From positions 13,950,001 to 14,014,000 of the forward strand of contig NC_043008.1 of assembly GCF_006345805.1 (NCBI RefSeq): DNA of 64,000 bases, written 5' to 3'. Below the pieces are notes generated by a model. The model searched no databases and had not been told where the DNA came from. It worked only from the letters and a program-made list of their open reading frames with translations. This stretch comes from Octopus sinensis. Taxonomy: Eukaryota. The position numbers and the translations under genes are program-made. Shown here piece after piece: positions 1 through 12,372 of the stretch. Positions within the stretch are counted from its first letter, which is position 1. Each line of letters begins with the position of its first letter.

Positions 1-460
1 ATCATCATCATCATCATCGCTTTGAAGTCCATTTTCTATACTAGGGCTGGTGGATAGTTTGTGCTTCATATATGATATATAAACTGATCTATATATATGT
101 CTGTGTGTGCATCCATCTCTGTGTGTGCGTATGCATGTATGTGTGTATGTATGTGTGTGTGCGTGTATAATTTGTTTGTGTGTATATGTTTCTAAAACAG
201 ACAGATTAGAGCGTCAGTGTTTTAAATATAATCTCTATTTGATATGTTTTTTTTTTTGCTTTTCTCTCACTGTATCGCATTCTTTATAATGCAGTTTTTT
301 ATTCATTTTTTTTTAATGGATCCAATATGTGTATGCATTGTGGGAAATGCCCTTAGTTATTCACTGAAGGACCAAAAGTTGTGAGAGGGAAGGCCGAAAC
401 TAGCTTTGAACAAGATACTTGTAGTACCCAAGCACGAGGTGGTAATATCAAATTAATTGT

Positions 461-660
461 AAGGCATCGAGGTGGCAGAGACGTTAGCACGCCGGGAGAA
501 ATGATTAGCAGTATTTCGTCCGTATTTACGTTCTGAGTTCAAATGCCACGGGGTTCGACCTTGCATTTCATCCTTTCAGGGCCGATAAAATAAATGCCAG
601 TTGAGAGCTAGGATTGGTTTAATCGTCTTAGCCCCTCACTCGAAATTACTTGGTTTGAAA
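461..660 (+). mobile_element. tRNA-derived SINE, family A (diverged copy)
   Basis: Matches other family A copies in the window (GGCGGCGAGCTGGCAGA...GTTAGCACGCCGGG...GAGTTCAAAT B-box-like...CATCCTTTC). Confidence 0.8.
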
Positions 661-2032
661 CTAATATTATACTAATGGTAATGATGCTACGTCTATCTGT
701 CTAGAGACGAGTTCTTAAGAATCAACTTCAATTCTCAGAAATGCAAAGCATTCTTACTGTTCTGTTTCTCGGTAAATTGCGTCAGTTCCCAGCACAGAAT
801 TCTGAACCTCTTGTGAATAACATTCAATATCATCTTGATGCTTTTACCTCCTATATTATAAATATTAATTCATTCTTACCGATCGACCAATAAGAGGATT
901 ACTCTCTTGTGACACCAAGTAGTGAGTGCTCCACAAGCATGAGAAAATTTACGCGATTGCCCACAAATCTAAAACACAACTTCATGTTTATTTACGATAT
1001 ATAGTATAACATAGTTTTATATACTCACAAAATGGCCGGTGGTTACCTTGGATTATTGTTGTTCATATGTACACTGAAAAAGAATTAATTCCGCACAAAG
1101 CAACACCAATAACTAATTTCTTAAAACAATAGACATACAATTCTTGATAGCAAATCAATAAACCGTTCCAAGAGTTACAGAATCCAAATATCTTGTTGTC
1201 CAAGTCACCCGTCACCATTCTTACGAAGACTGAAATTTTATTCCCGTACTAGTATTTGGAGAATTAGTACGTTTAAATACATAAGTATACACAAGTTGGT
1301 ATAGAAAACAAGAACTTCATTGATGAATTCATACAAATGACCATCGCCTGTTCTTTCCAAAATAGTCGTATATATGACAATAATTGACTTTTTTCACCGC
1401 ACCACATAAATTTGTCTATATTCCTAAGTCAAGTATCCACGCAGAAAAATAGCCTCATTCACTTATAACACATAGTGTATTTACTTTATGTAATCAAATA
1501 TTAGCATACGTTAGATTTTGTATAATCATTGAATCTTATTTTTCACCTGCTTCCTGGCAAAATGCTGTCTGAAGAGACCAGTATTATTAGATATGCATTG
1601 AAGAATACATTTATACTTGAGAATATTGTTGACATATTAGAAACAGTCTGGCGGATGTGTGTGTCTGTGCGTGTGTGCGTTTGTGGGGTTGTAGAGAGTG
1701 AGATAAAGATTATTTTCAATTCATAAGTTGGTCAGCTATAGAATGACGGAAATAATATTGACGAACAGACAGACATAATTGGCACTTACCATCATTGATA
1801 CACATGTTTTAAACTCGCTTACATTTATTTGTTCGTATTTCTAATTGAGGGAATAGGATTCGGTTGGAGAATTTACCTTAAGTTCTGGAAGCATTTTCTC
1901 TAAGCGATCAACCAGATTTCAATAAGTGTTGAAATAAGAAATGACCTTTTCACACATACCTCTCAGTTACTTTCATTCTTATACACGTGTAATATGAGGG
2001 GCTGAGCGAGTGTGATATTAGGTTATCAACAA

Positions 2033-2790
2033 TGCGGCGAGCTGGCAGAATCGTTAGCGCGCCGGGCGAAATGCTTAGCGGTATTTCGTCTACCGCTACG
2101 TTCTGAGTTCAGATTCCGCCGAGGTCGGCTTTGCTTTTCATCCTTTCGGGGTCGATTAAATAAGAACTAGCTACGCACTGGAGTCGATGTAATCGAATTC
2201 ATCAGCTTGTGTGCCCTTGTTTGTCCTCTCTGTATGTAGACAATAAAGAAATGAGAAATGCTAGCACGCCGGTCAAAATGCTTAGTGGTATTTCGACTGA
2301 CGTTACGATCTGTGTGTAAATTCCGCCGAGGTCGACATTGCCTTTCATCCTTTCGGAGTCGATTAAATAAGTACCAGTTACGCGCTGGGGCCGATATAAT
2401 CGATTGGTCTCCTACCAAAAATTTCAGGCCTTGTGCCTATCGTAGAAAAGGATATAAGGTTATCAACAAGGCGAAGAGCTGGCTGAAACGTTTGCACGCC
2501 GGGCGAAATGCGTAGCCGTATTTCGTCTGCCGCTACGTTCTGAATTCACATTCCGCCGAGGTCGACTATGCCTTTCATCCTTTCGGGGTCGATTAAATAA
2601 GTACCAGTTATGCACTGCAGTCGATATAATCGACTTAATACGTTTGTCTGTCCTTGTTTGTCCTCTCTGTGTTTAACTCCTTGTGGGTAGTAAAGAAATA
2701 GAAATAGGTATTTCGTCTGTCTTTAAGTTCTGAGTTCAAATTCCGCCGAGGTTGACTTTGCCTTTTATCCTTTTGAGGTAGATAAATACA
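2033..2790 (+). mobile_element. Tandem cluster of three family A SINE copies (about 2033, 2256 and 2470) plus a partial extra segment
   Basis: Three repeats of the head/body. The 13-bp direct repeat AGGTTATCAACAA at 2020-2032 and 2457-2469 flanks the first two copies. Confidence 0.9.
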
Positions 2791-2879
2791 CGCAAAGACA
2801 AACACACGCACACACACACATATAAACACGCAAATACACACACACACACACATACACAAACACACACAAACACACACAA

Positions 2880-3050
2880 GCATACATATCTCACAGGCTT
2901 CCAAGAGTTTGTTTTGAACCAAATTCACTCATAAGGCATCAGTTGTCTCAAGACTATAGGGGGAGATATTTTACTTAGATGCCGCACAGTCAGATTGACC
3001 CCAAATTCACGCAGTTGCAAAACGAGATACTTCAGCACACCAGCGCCTTT
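2880..3050 (-). mobile_element. Decayed family B (CORE-like) SINE
   Basis: Reverse complement aligns loosely with the family B head/core seen at 24235 and 27836. Confidence 0.55.
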
Positions 3051-3599
3051 TGGTTACACTTTTAACCCTTTTAGAATATAAAGGCTTCGTTTTAATTTTG
3101 CAACAGTCTTCCGTATTGTAAGTACAATTTCAAACAGGAAGGATGTATGGCTTTTCGAATTCTGTTAGGAAGATACATATTTAAACACTTGACAACATTA
3201 CAGCAAATAAATTAAATAAGTAAATTAATTTTACAGTTTCACTGTTAAGTTTGACTGAAAGCCGATATTAGAAATAACAGAAAATTAAAAATTAGAAATG
3301 TTGATTTATATGCCACAGTAAGTTTGATTTATTAACTCACAAATCATAAATGACAAACATTTATTTATATTACTTCGAAAACATATAACACTTTTAAAAA
3401 TACATGCTTATATGTACGTACATATACGTGCGTATGTTTAGGGGCATATATAATGGATGGATAGATAGACAGATATAGCAGACAGCTGGACTGACAGGCA
3501 GATAAATAGAGAGACGCATACACATAGGAAAATACGTACATACATACATCTCTCCCTCTCTTTCTCCTGATGTATATATGTATATATATATATTTTGTT

Positions 3600-3822
3600 T
3601 TTGTTTTTCCAGTTTCAGCTCTTGAGCTGTGGCCATGCTGGGGCACCGCCATTGTGGTGAAAGAGTACAGCAGGGATCACCACCACCCCCTGCCGGAGCC
3701 TCGTAGAGCTTTTAGGTGTTTTTTCGCTCAATAAACACACACAACGCCCGGTCTGAGATTCGAAACCGCGATCCTGCGACCGCGAGTCCGCTGCCCTAAC
3801 CACTAGGCCATTGCGCCTCCAC
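3600..3822 (-). mobile_element. SINE family C head (3822-3654) fused to a family B-type 3' tail (3650-3600)
   Basis: The head matches 12705-12832 and 62788-63169. The tail GGCGGTGCCCCAGCATGGCC...GAAAC matches family B 3' ends. Confidence 0.75.
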
Positions 3823-3895
3823 ATATATATACATATATTTGTTCCACGTCCTCGAGATGTTGTATTTTCTCTTTGTGTTTTCATGTTTCGATTAA

Positions 3896-3898
3896 CTA

Positions 3899-3979
<81 letters not shown>

Positions 3980-4190
3980 GTATATCTGTACGTTTGTAGA
4001 GAGATGTATGTATGTATCTATATTTACAGAGAAAGAGGAGGAGCTAGAGAGATAATAAATCGATAGATAGATAGATAGATATATAGACAGATAGATAGAT
4101 AGATATATACATACATACATACATACATACATACATACATACATACATACATACATACATACATACATACATACATACATACATACATAC
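3896..4190. repeat. Compound microsatellite (TA)n-(GA)n-(TAGA)n-(TACA)n
   Basis: Direct reading of the sequence. Confidence 0.95.
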
Positions 4191-4421
4191 AGGAAAAATC
4201 TGTTTGGAGTGATAGGGAATTTAGATATGTAGAAAAAAATCACTTGAAATTATTTCTACATATTAAAATTTTCAAAAATGAAAATGAAACTCAGTAAACA
4301 TTGATTTTTTTTTTCCGCGGCAAGGCTCATATACGTCATAGAATAATACCTGCAGGGAATTAAAGTATGAAATATTGCCAGGAATGAATCACGAGCAAAT
4401 GCAGTGACCTATTTTCCGTCC

Positions 4422-4450
4422 AATAATAGTAATAATAATAATAATAGTAA

Positions 4451-4482
<32 letters not shown>

Positions 4483-4600
4483 TTAATAATAATAATAATA
4501 ATGATAATAATAATAATAATTATCATTATCATTATTATTAGTAGTATCATTATTAGTATTATTATTATTATTATTATCATTGTTGTTATTGTTGTTGTTG
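4422..4600. repeat. (AAT)n/(ATT)n/(GTT)n triplet tract at the 3' end of the R4/Dong-type fragment
   Basis: Direct reading of the sequence. Confidence 0.9.
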
Positions 4601-5105
4601 ATATTTACTTTAATCTGCATGTTTGTTACAGTCACTGGTCGGGACACACCCAGTGTCCTGGGGGCGAGTGAAGGATAAGAGATGCTACAGTATGACTGAA
4701 AGCTTGGACCGGGGAAATAGCGAAATATCTTCATGTAATACAACACAGACATTTAAAGGGATAGGCTTTTTTCTAAGAATGTGGGCAGTACTTGTCAGTA
4801 TAATCTTTTGAATTTCTCTGAGATATGGTTCTCCTGGGATCTTATCTAGATATTTCTGACATCCCTTTTTTATCATACCTAGGGCACCTACAATAACAGG
4901 AACAGTTCTCGTTTTAAGATGCCACATCTTTTGTATTACGATTTCCAGGACCTTATATATACTTAGTTTGTCAAATTCCAAGACTGATATATTTTTATTA
5001 GTGGGAAAACTTACATCTGTTAGTCTACATGTATTTTCTCACCTGTCTTTATTAATTGTGACTGGTCGAATAGCCTGGATTGTTCTGTCAGTGTTGGCTG
5101 GAGAT
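4600..5105 (-). mobile_element. 5'-truncated R4/Dong-type non-LTR retrotransposon: restriction-like endonuclease C-terminus and 3' UTR
   Basis: Translation across lesions: TDRTIQAIRPV...ENTCRLTDVSFPTNKNIS-LEFDKLSIYKVLEIVIQKMWHLKTRTVPVIVGALGMIKK...IQKIILTSTAHILRK. This is the decayed RPD..D..K-Y signature typical of R4-clade elements. It ends in (AAT)n-like repeats. Confidence 0.85.
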
Positions 5106-6492
5106 TGGTAGATAGATAGGCTGGTTGGTAGGTAGATAAGTAGGTAAATACGTAGTTTAGTAGGTAGGTAGGTAGGTAGGTTGGTAAGTAGCTAGATAGA
5201 TACATAGATAGATAGGCTGGTTGATAGATAAGTAGGTAGGTACGTATATAGGTAGGTTGGTTGGTAGGTAGGTAGGTAGATATGTAGGTGGTAGGTAGGT
5301 AGGTAGGTAGGTAGGGAGGTAGGTAGGGAGGTAGGTAGATAAGTAGGTAGGTAGGTAGGTAGGTAGCTACGGAGGTAGGGTGGTAGAGAGGCAAGTAGGT
5401 AGAAAGGAAGGTAGGTAGGTAGGTAGGTAGGTAGGTAGGTAGGTAGGTATGGAGGTAGGGAGGTAGGTAGATAAGTAGGTAGGTAGGTAGAGAGGTAGGG
5501 AGGCAAGTAGGTAGAAAGGTAGGGAGGCAAGTAGGTAGAAAGGTAGGTAGGTAGGTAGGTAGGGGGTAGGTAGATAAGTAGGTAGTAAGGTAGGTAGGTA
5601 GGTAAGTAGGTAGGTAGGTAGGGAGGTAGGGAGGCAAGTAGGTAGAAAGGTAGGTTGGTAGTAAGGTAGGTAGGTAGGTAGGTAGGTAGGTAGGTAGGTA
5701 GGTAGGTAGATAAGTAGGTAGGGAGGTAGGGAGGTAGGGAGGCAAGTAGGTAGAAAGGTAGGTAGGTAGGTAGGTAGGTAAATATGTATCTTCCTAACAG
5801 AATTCGAAAAGCCATACATCCTTCCTGTTTGAAATTGTACTTACAATACGGAAGACTGTTGCAAAATTAAAACGAAGCCTTTATATTCTAAAAGGGTTAA
5901 AAGTGTAACCAAAAGGCGTGGTGTGCTGAAGTATCTCGTTTTGCAACTGCGTGAATTTGGGGTCAATCTGACTGTGCGGCATCTAAGTAAAATATCTCCC
6001 CCTATAGTCTGAGACAACTGATGCCTTATGAGTGAATTTGGTTCAAACAAACTCTTGGAAGCCTGTGAGATATGTATGCTTGTGTGTTTGTGTGTGTTGT
6101 GTATGTGTGTGTTGTGTGGTATTTGCGTGGTATGTGTGGTGTGTGCGTGTGTTTGTCTTTGCGTGTATTATCTACCTCAAAAGGATAAAAGGCAAAGTCA
6201 ACCTCGGCGGAATTTGAACTCAGACTTAAAGACAGACGAAATACCTATTCTATTCTTTACTACCCACAAGGAGTTAAACACAGAGAGGTAGGAGGTTGGT
6301 AGGTAGGTAAGTAGGTAGGGAGGTATGTAGGTAAGTAGGTAGCTAGTAAGGTAGGTAAGTAGGTAGGGAGGTAGGTAGGTAGTTAGGTAGGTAGGTAGAG
6401 ATGTAGGTAGGTAGGGAGGCAAGTAGGTAGAAAGGTAGGTAGGTAGGTAGGTAGGTAGGTAGGTAGGTAAGTAAGTAAGTAGGTAGGTAGGT
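5106..6492. repeat. Compound (TAGG)n tract with a higher-order unit (AGGGAGGCAAGTAGGTAGAAAGGT), interrupted at 5779-6288
   Basis: The higher-order unit recurs on both sides of the interruption. This tract explains the PTYL-repeat ORFs. Confidence 0.9.
5779..6288 (-). repeat. Inverted copy of 2662-3183
   Basis: Near-identical reverse complement. Differences outside the (TG)n part are single-base deletions. Confidence 0.95.
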
Positions 6493-7040
6493 GTCCGGCC
6501 TGAGAGTGAATGTTTGTTCTCCACCACTTCATTTTGCAAATATTGTAAAGAAACGAAATGTGTCTCTTAAGTATTGATTTTTTTCGTAGAGTTACGAAGC
6601 CAATTACAGAACTGTGGACGTGGGATTCCGCGACATTCTTCTACTACACAAAGTATATTCACGGTTTAATGCTGCCAATTATCTGGATATAGTTTGAACA
6701 ACTATCTAAATGAGAGAAAAATATTGAAGAAAATTTAATGCATGGGTAAATATGCATTTGTATTTAAGAGAAATTGTTGTTTCATTTCAAATAAATTCTA
6801 ATTAAACGAATAATGAGAAAGAAAATCATATTTAGCTAATAACATATCTAGAGTTCTTAAAATAGTTATCGTAATTATTGGATATGTTCAACACTATTAG
6901 GCTTACCCTTTTTGTTTTTCACATTTTACACATTTTTAATAGGCTTGGTTTCTGTCTTCAGATATATATTTGTGTATAATATATACGAGGTTGAAGAATG
7001 GTGAGCCGGCGGACTCGTTAGCATGCCGGGTGAAATGCTT

Positions 7041-7225
7041 AGCGCTCTTAATCACTACACCATATGCCCGTGGCCAAATATGGAGTGAAATTGGGGGCTT
7101 ATAAATCTAATATTCCCCTGTCCTTCCTTAATACCGGTTCCTACAAACAAGATGAAGACAAGTGTCCGTCAAATGTAAATAATGTAAACAATGTACATAA
7201 TTCCTCATCTCTTACATATAGAACT
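7041..7225. mobile_element. Two fragments of the tRNA-head/hammerhead element: head 7041-7069 (-) and tail 7144-7225 (+)
   Basis: Both fragments match the element at 17995-18494. Confidence 0.75.
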
Positions 7226-7252
7226 AGAAAAGATTATATGTACGCAGCTGAA

Positions 7253-7620
7253 GGGTGGCGAGCTGGCAGAAACGTTAGCACGCCGGGCGAAATGATTAGC
7301 CGTATTTCGTCTGCCGTTACGTTGTGAGTTGAAATTCTGCCGAGGTCGACTTTGCCTGTCATCCTTTCGGGGTTGATAAATTAAGTACCAGTTACGCACT
7401 GGGATCGATGTAATCGACATAATCCCTTTGTCTATCCTTGATTGTCCACTCTATGTTTAGTCCTTTGTGGGTAGTAAAGAAATAAGTATTTCGCCTGCCG
7501 GTACGTTCTGAGTTCAAATTCCGACGAGTTAAGCACTGGAGTCGATGTAATCGACTTAAACCGTTTCTCTGTCCTTGTTTGTCCCCTCTATTTTCAGTCC
7601 CCTGTGGGCAATAAAGAAAT
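7253..7620 (+). mobile_element. Family A SINE with a partially duplicated 3' half
   Basis: High similarity to the 19292 and 37587 copies. Confidence 0.9.
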
Positions 7621-7649
7621 AAATATGTAGGACGCTCTGTTAAAAAATT

Positions 7650-7845
7650 TCTGGTTTTAAGGGTGTTGCGATACGCCTGGTTGGAGTCTCAAAGTTCCCA
7701 ATCCTTTTACAGGGCTTAGAAAAATTGAAGGTTTGCTGCAATAAGTGTGTGAATCTGAGAGTGGAATATGTTGAATAAAATCATAATTAACTGATCCTCC
7801 TGTATTTTTTTTAACCCAAAGCCAGTATCTTTCCAGCACACCCTA
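7650..7845 (+). mobile_element. Decayed copy of the mariner-type MITE family
   Basis: Internal sequence and right end (AAAGCCAG...CAGCACACCC) match 8149-8336. Confidence 0.55.
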
Positions 7846-8148
7846 CTTTATCTTATATCGTTGCTACTAGTCCAAAAACGTTGTCTTTTCAGGAAACAAA
7901 TAAATAGTTTCCCCATTTCATAGCAAAACCGTTGTACTACAATTGACAACTTTTGATATATTGGCATCTGAAGCTACTGGAGACACGATGGTTTGACCAA
8001 AAGAACCGGCTATTGCAAGCTAAAATAAATATTGAAAAAAAACAACGCACGCGACCAAATTTAGACATACGACAGTTTATCATAATAGCAACGATATTTC
8101 TGCGCGTGTGTGTACCATGTATCTATGTATGGATGGATGGATGGATGT

Positions 8149-8336
8149 ATACAGGGGGTGCTGAAAAGTTCCTGGCTTTAGAGGAATCGCGGAAGGCTTG
8201 GTCGCAGGCCCAACCTTCCGAGTCTTTCTACAGTGCTTAGAATCTGAGAGGAGAATATGTTTAATCAAATGAATATTAAGTGATCCGACTGTATTTTCTT
8301 TTTACACAAAGCCAGGAACTTTTCGGCACCCCCTCG
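8149..8336 (+). mobile_element. Mariner-type MITE
   Basis: TIRs GGGGTGCTGAAAAGTTCCTGGCTTT and AAAGCCAGGAACTTTTCGGCACCCC. No ORF. Confidence 0.75.
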
Positions 8337-8928
8337 TGTATGAATTTGCGTATATCTTTATATATTGAGTGTTTTGCGTATGTGCGTATGTATGTGTGTT
8401 TCGTCTGAGTCATTTTTCCTTCTCTTTCCTTTTCTCCGTCCCACATTTTTCTTTACATTTACTGCTTTATGTAGTTGCATGCCATGTGTGTAAATGTGTG
8501 TGCGTTTTGTATGCGTAAGTATATGTATAAGTGTGTAAATATATGTGTGTGAATGTGTGCACATAAATGTGTGAATCAATATGTATTTATGTGTATATCT
8601 ACATGTGTGTGTACGTGTGCGTGTAGTTGTGTAACTCCCCTTCTCTTCAACATCACTCGAGCAGTAACTAAGACCATATTAAAAAGAACTCTGATACCAA
8701 ACCCAAAAAATATAAAAAGGTGTTTGAAAATTACTTTTTAAGTAAGAAACTCAATCCCAAATCAAAATGCCGCTCACTGGAAGAAAATAAGTCACGATAT
8801 GATATGATAACATCTAATTATTAAATGGAAAAAAATGCTAGAAAAATCGGTGCTAATCACTTTTTTTAAATACATATATATTCGTCGGCATTTTGGCTAA
8901 GATTAAAGTGTCGAATATATACATATAC

Positions 8929-8983
<55 letters not shown>

Positions 8984-8986
<3 letters not shown>

Positions 8987-9187
8987 GCCGTCACCATGAT
9001 AGATCGTTAGCCACTACACACATTTTTCTCTCTCCTTGTTTCTCCACTTGCTTTTTCTGTATCCCTTTCTGTAGAAGAGCGTAGGCTCGAAACGTAAAAT
9101 ACTTTTTCTATTCCTGAGCGTTATACTAATACATCTGTTTGTTTTGTACACCACCTGTCTTCGTCTTTTGTTTTTTTCGTAAACTCT

Positions 9188-9190
<3 letters not shown>
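8984..9190 (+). mobile_element. Short Penelope-pLTR-like element in (TA)n with a hammerhead-like motif at 9066-9099
   Basis: (TA)n on both sides. Motif: TTT CTGTAGA A GAGC-GTAG-GCTC GAA ACGT A AAA. A second copy lies at 38628-38824. Confidence 0.6.
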
Positions 9191-9221
<31 letters not shown>

Positions 9222-10379
9222 GTATATATAAGTTTCTATACATACATTCATGTATACCTGCGTGTGTATAGATGGCTCTGGGATTTAGAAATAAATTTCT
9301 CAATCACATATTTTTACGTTCAATCCCATTACGCGTCATGTTTGGGAGGAGTACTTTCTACTATAATCTGGGACGATCCCGCTTTGTCGCTCGATTCGGT
9401 TGGCAGAAAGCCTGCCAGTATATCCATAATCAGACGACATCAACATCATTTAAATAGGTTTCTTCTATGTTTTTTGCATTTTTTTTTTTGTCTTTTTGTT
9501 TTACCCTGAAAAATATGCATGTCTTAACTCTTTCTGAAAATCCCCCATGCGAAAACTTCCTATTTGGTACGACATATTTCCTTCTACGAGAAGTATTTAC
9601 AAAATATTGATTATTCTAGACGATGTTAAGGGTGTTGTTTATACACTAATTTTTCGTCTGAACAATTTCCAACATAGCGTACATTCTACTTCATAACTAA
9701 GCCCCAACCTATGTATATCTGAAGTATTTTCTTCATTTTTTCTTTTATTTTATGCGGCGGGGGTTAGATTTTTCTGTTTTCTACTACTTGTCGTCTGGAA
9801 AAAATCTGCTGGTGGCAATTTTCTTTACGTCACATAGTGTACCGCTTTGAATGGTGTAAACTTGTTCCTGCCACTTCAGTAAGCATTTTGAACCATGAAT
9901 ATCAATGGAAATAGATATTTGCCAAAATATATTGACACTTAATCATATATATATATATATATATATTGTTATATTTCGGAATGGTCATATTGCCAGTTTA
10001 GCCAATATATATATGAACGTTTCCGGTACTCCAGGTGATGGTGCGGGCTACACTCAAACGATTCCGAATGGTTTCTGATTGTAAAGCTGCATAAAAGAGA
10101 ATAACTTCGTAAGAGACCATCGTTTTTCTGTTTTTCTTTTTATCTTCTGAGTAGTTTGACATATAGAAGAAAAAGAAGAAACAGAAGAAACAGATGATGA
10201 TGATGATGAAACAGGAGAACGAGGAGGTGAAGGCAGAGGGGAACGCGTTCCTATAATATCTCTACATTGGTTTAGATTAATGTTATTCTGAAATACTATA
10301 TGTATACGTACATATATGTCTACTCGTAATTCCCTACTCAAATCTTTGTTAAAAGTAAGCACAGGCACATACACACACG

Positions 10380-10482
10380 TATATATATATATATGTGTGT
10401 GTGTATGTGTATATATATATATATAAACATATATATATACATATATATAAATATATGTATATATATACATACATATTTATTC

Positions 10483-10521
<39 letters not shown>

Positions 10522-10683
10522 CATATATATATACATATATATATATATTATATACATATATACATATACATATATATATTTATACATACATACGCATATA
10601 TATAAATATATATATCTATGTATATAAATATGCATACATATATATATAATATACATATAAATACATATATTCATATATACATA

Positions 10684-10745
<62 letters not shown>

Positions 10746-10805
10746 TATATACATATATATATGTATATATATATATATCTGTATATATATATATATATAT
10801 ATAAT
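10380..10805. repeat. Long imperfect (TA)n/(TACA)n array
   Basis: Direct reading of the sequence. Confidence 0.95.
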
Positions 10806-10905
10806 TAAGTAACCAGATTTGGTATACACCATTAGTCCAAAATATTACACATCACACACACACACACACGAACACGAACACGCACATAGACATAGATATA
10901 TGCAA

Positions 10906-10981
<76 letters not shown>

Positions 10982-11447
10982 ATGCATACATACATACATA
11001 TACGTTACCGTTTTTATTTTATAACGAGAGCCTAACGAAATTAATTTGCAATAAGGAAACCGCATTATATGAATGCATTACGAATTATTAAACCTGACAT
11101 TTTACCAAAAAGCGAAACTAATATCTCGAATTGGATTTTATTCAGTTCAAATTCAACGAACCGCATGAATATAAAACGAAGTAATTTTCCAGAAAACATA
11201 ATGGTTTTAAATAGTATTTTTTCTTTCTTACGTTTGTCTAAGATCGGAAATTAATTAACTTCAATAAATTATCAGCTATAAAGATGACAGCATTTCAGAG
11301 TATAGCAAACAAATAATTTACTTGTTAGTGTTAGCTAATGATTTAATTGGTATTATCAGTTTGTGACACGAAATAGCATTCACTTCCACACAACTAAATT
11401 ATTCAAGAGCATTTCCAAGTCGAAGTGAGAAATCATTTTGTAGCGAC

Positions 11448-11492
<45 letters not shown>

Positions 11493-11493
11493 C

Positions 11494-11532
<39 letters not shown>

Positions 11533-11538
11533 TATCAC

Positions 11539-11576
<38 letters not shown>

Positions 11577-11828
11577 GTAGTAGTAATAGTAGTAGTAGTA
11601 GTAGTAGTAGTAGTGTTGGCTGGTGTTAGTAGTAGTGTTGGTGGTAGTAGTAGTGGTGGTAGTGGTGGTGGTAGTGGTGGTGGTAGTGGTGGTGGTAGTG
11701 GTGGTGGTGGTGGTGGTTGCTGTTGTATTTCTTTCCCTTTCTCTTCTCTTTGTTTTTTTTGTGTTTTGGGGTTCTTACGACTACCACCACTTCAGCCACT
11801 ATTACATTTAACCTTCCTCCCAGCAATC
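11448..11828. repeat. (AGT)n-(AGC)n-(ATC)n-(GGT)n tract plus unique segment X, duplicated at 13196-13587
   Basis: Shared unique part GTGTTTTGGGGTTCTTACGACTACCACCACTTCAGCCACTATTACATTTAACCTTCC. Confidence 0.9.
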
Positions 11829-12372
11829 CTCATCCCCCGACCCGCCCCCATGAACGAGGAATGAGATCGGCAAAAGTCAAATCGCTACCACCACCACCAC
11901 ACCATCATGATCATCATCATCATCATAGGCTTTTCCTCGTCTCCATCATTTGCGCTGCCATTCGCCTAATCATCATCATCAGCGCAGAGTTGCAATTTCG
12001 AAATTCGTATTAACACTAATTAAATATATCTTAATCAATTATGCTTTGTTTGTCTGCGTATTATCTGTACAAACTATCATCGCCACTTCCTCCACCTTCA
12101 TTATCAACGCCTTCTTCCTCGTTATCATGGACATCGTTCTGGCTCGGCCTTGCCCATTATAAAGCCTGATAACTAACCACGTACGCGGCCAATATCGTCA
12201 TAAATAAACTTCTATCTCTTTAATCAAACATTACAAACTTATATAACCATCGTTCATTCTCTCACTCGTCTTTTCTCTAGTGTTTCAATCATTATTCTTT
12301 GTATCCAGACTTTCTGGAATACTATTTCTGTACACAACAGCAAGAGGAGTCGCTGCACTGTTGTTCTAACAT

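Noticed and set aside
359-410. Hammerhead-like CTGAAGG...GGCCGAAACTAGCTTTGAA
   Set aside because: It needs at least three core or stem lesions, which is too weak to call alone.
5020-5819. Long ORFs of 241, 207 and 150 aa (PTYL repeats), and the many YI/CV/LSIY/MYVC ORFs elsewhere
   Set aside because: They are translations of microsatellites that lack stop codons, with no coding signal.
10015-10040. Minus-strand CCTGGAGTACCGGAAACGTTC, hammerhead-like 3' half
   Set aside because: The core is incomplete and no stem II is demonstrable from this window.
10167-10226. Acidic exon candidate EKEETEETDDDDDETGERG
   Set aside because: Low-complexity purine/GAT repeat with a weak donor site.
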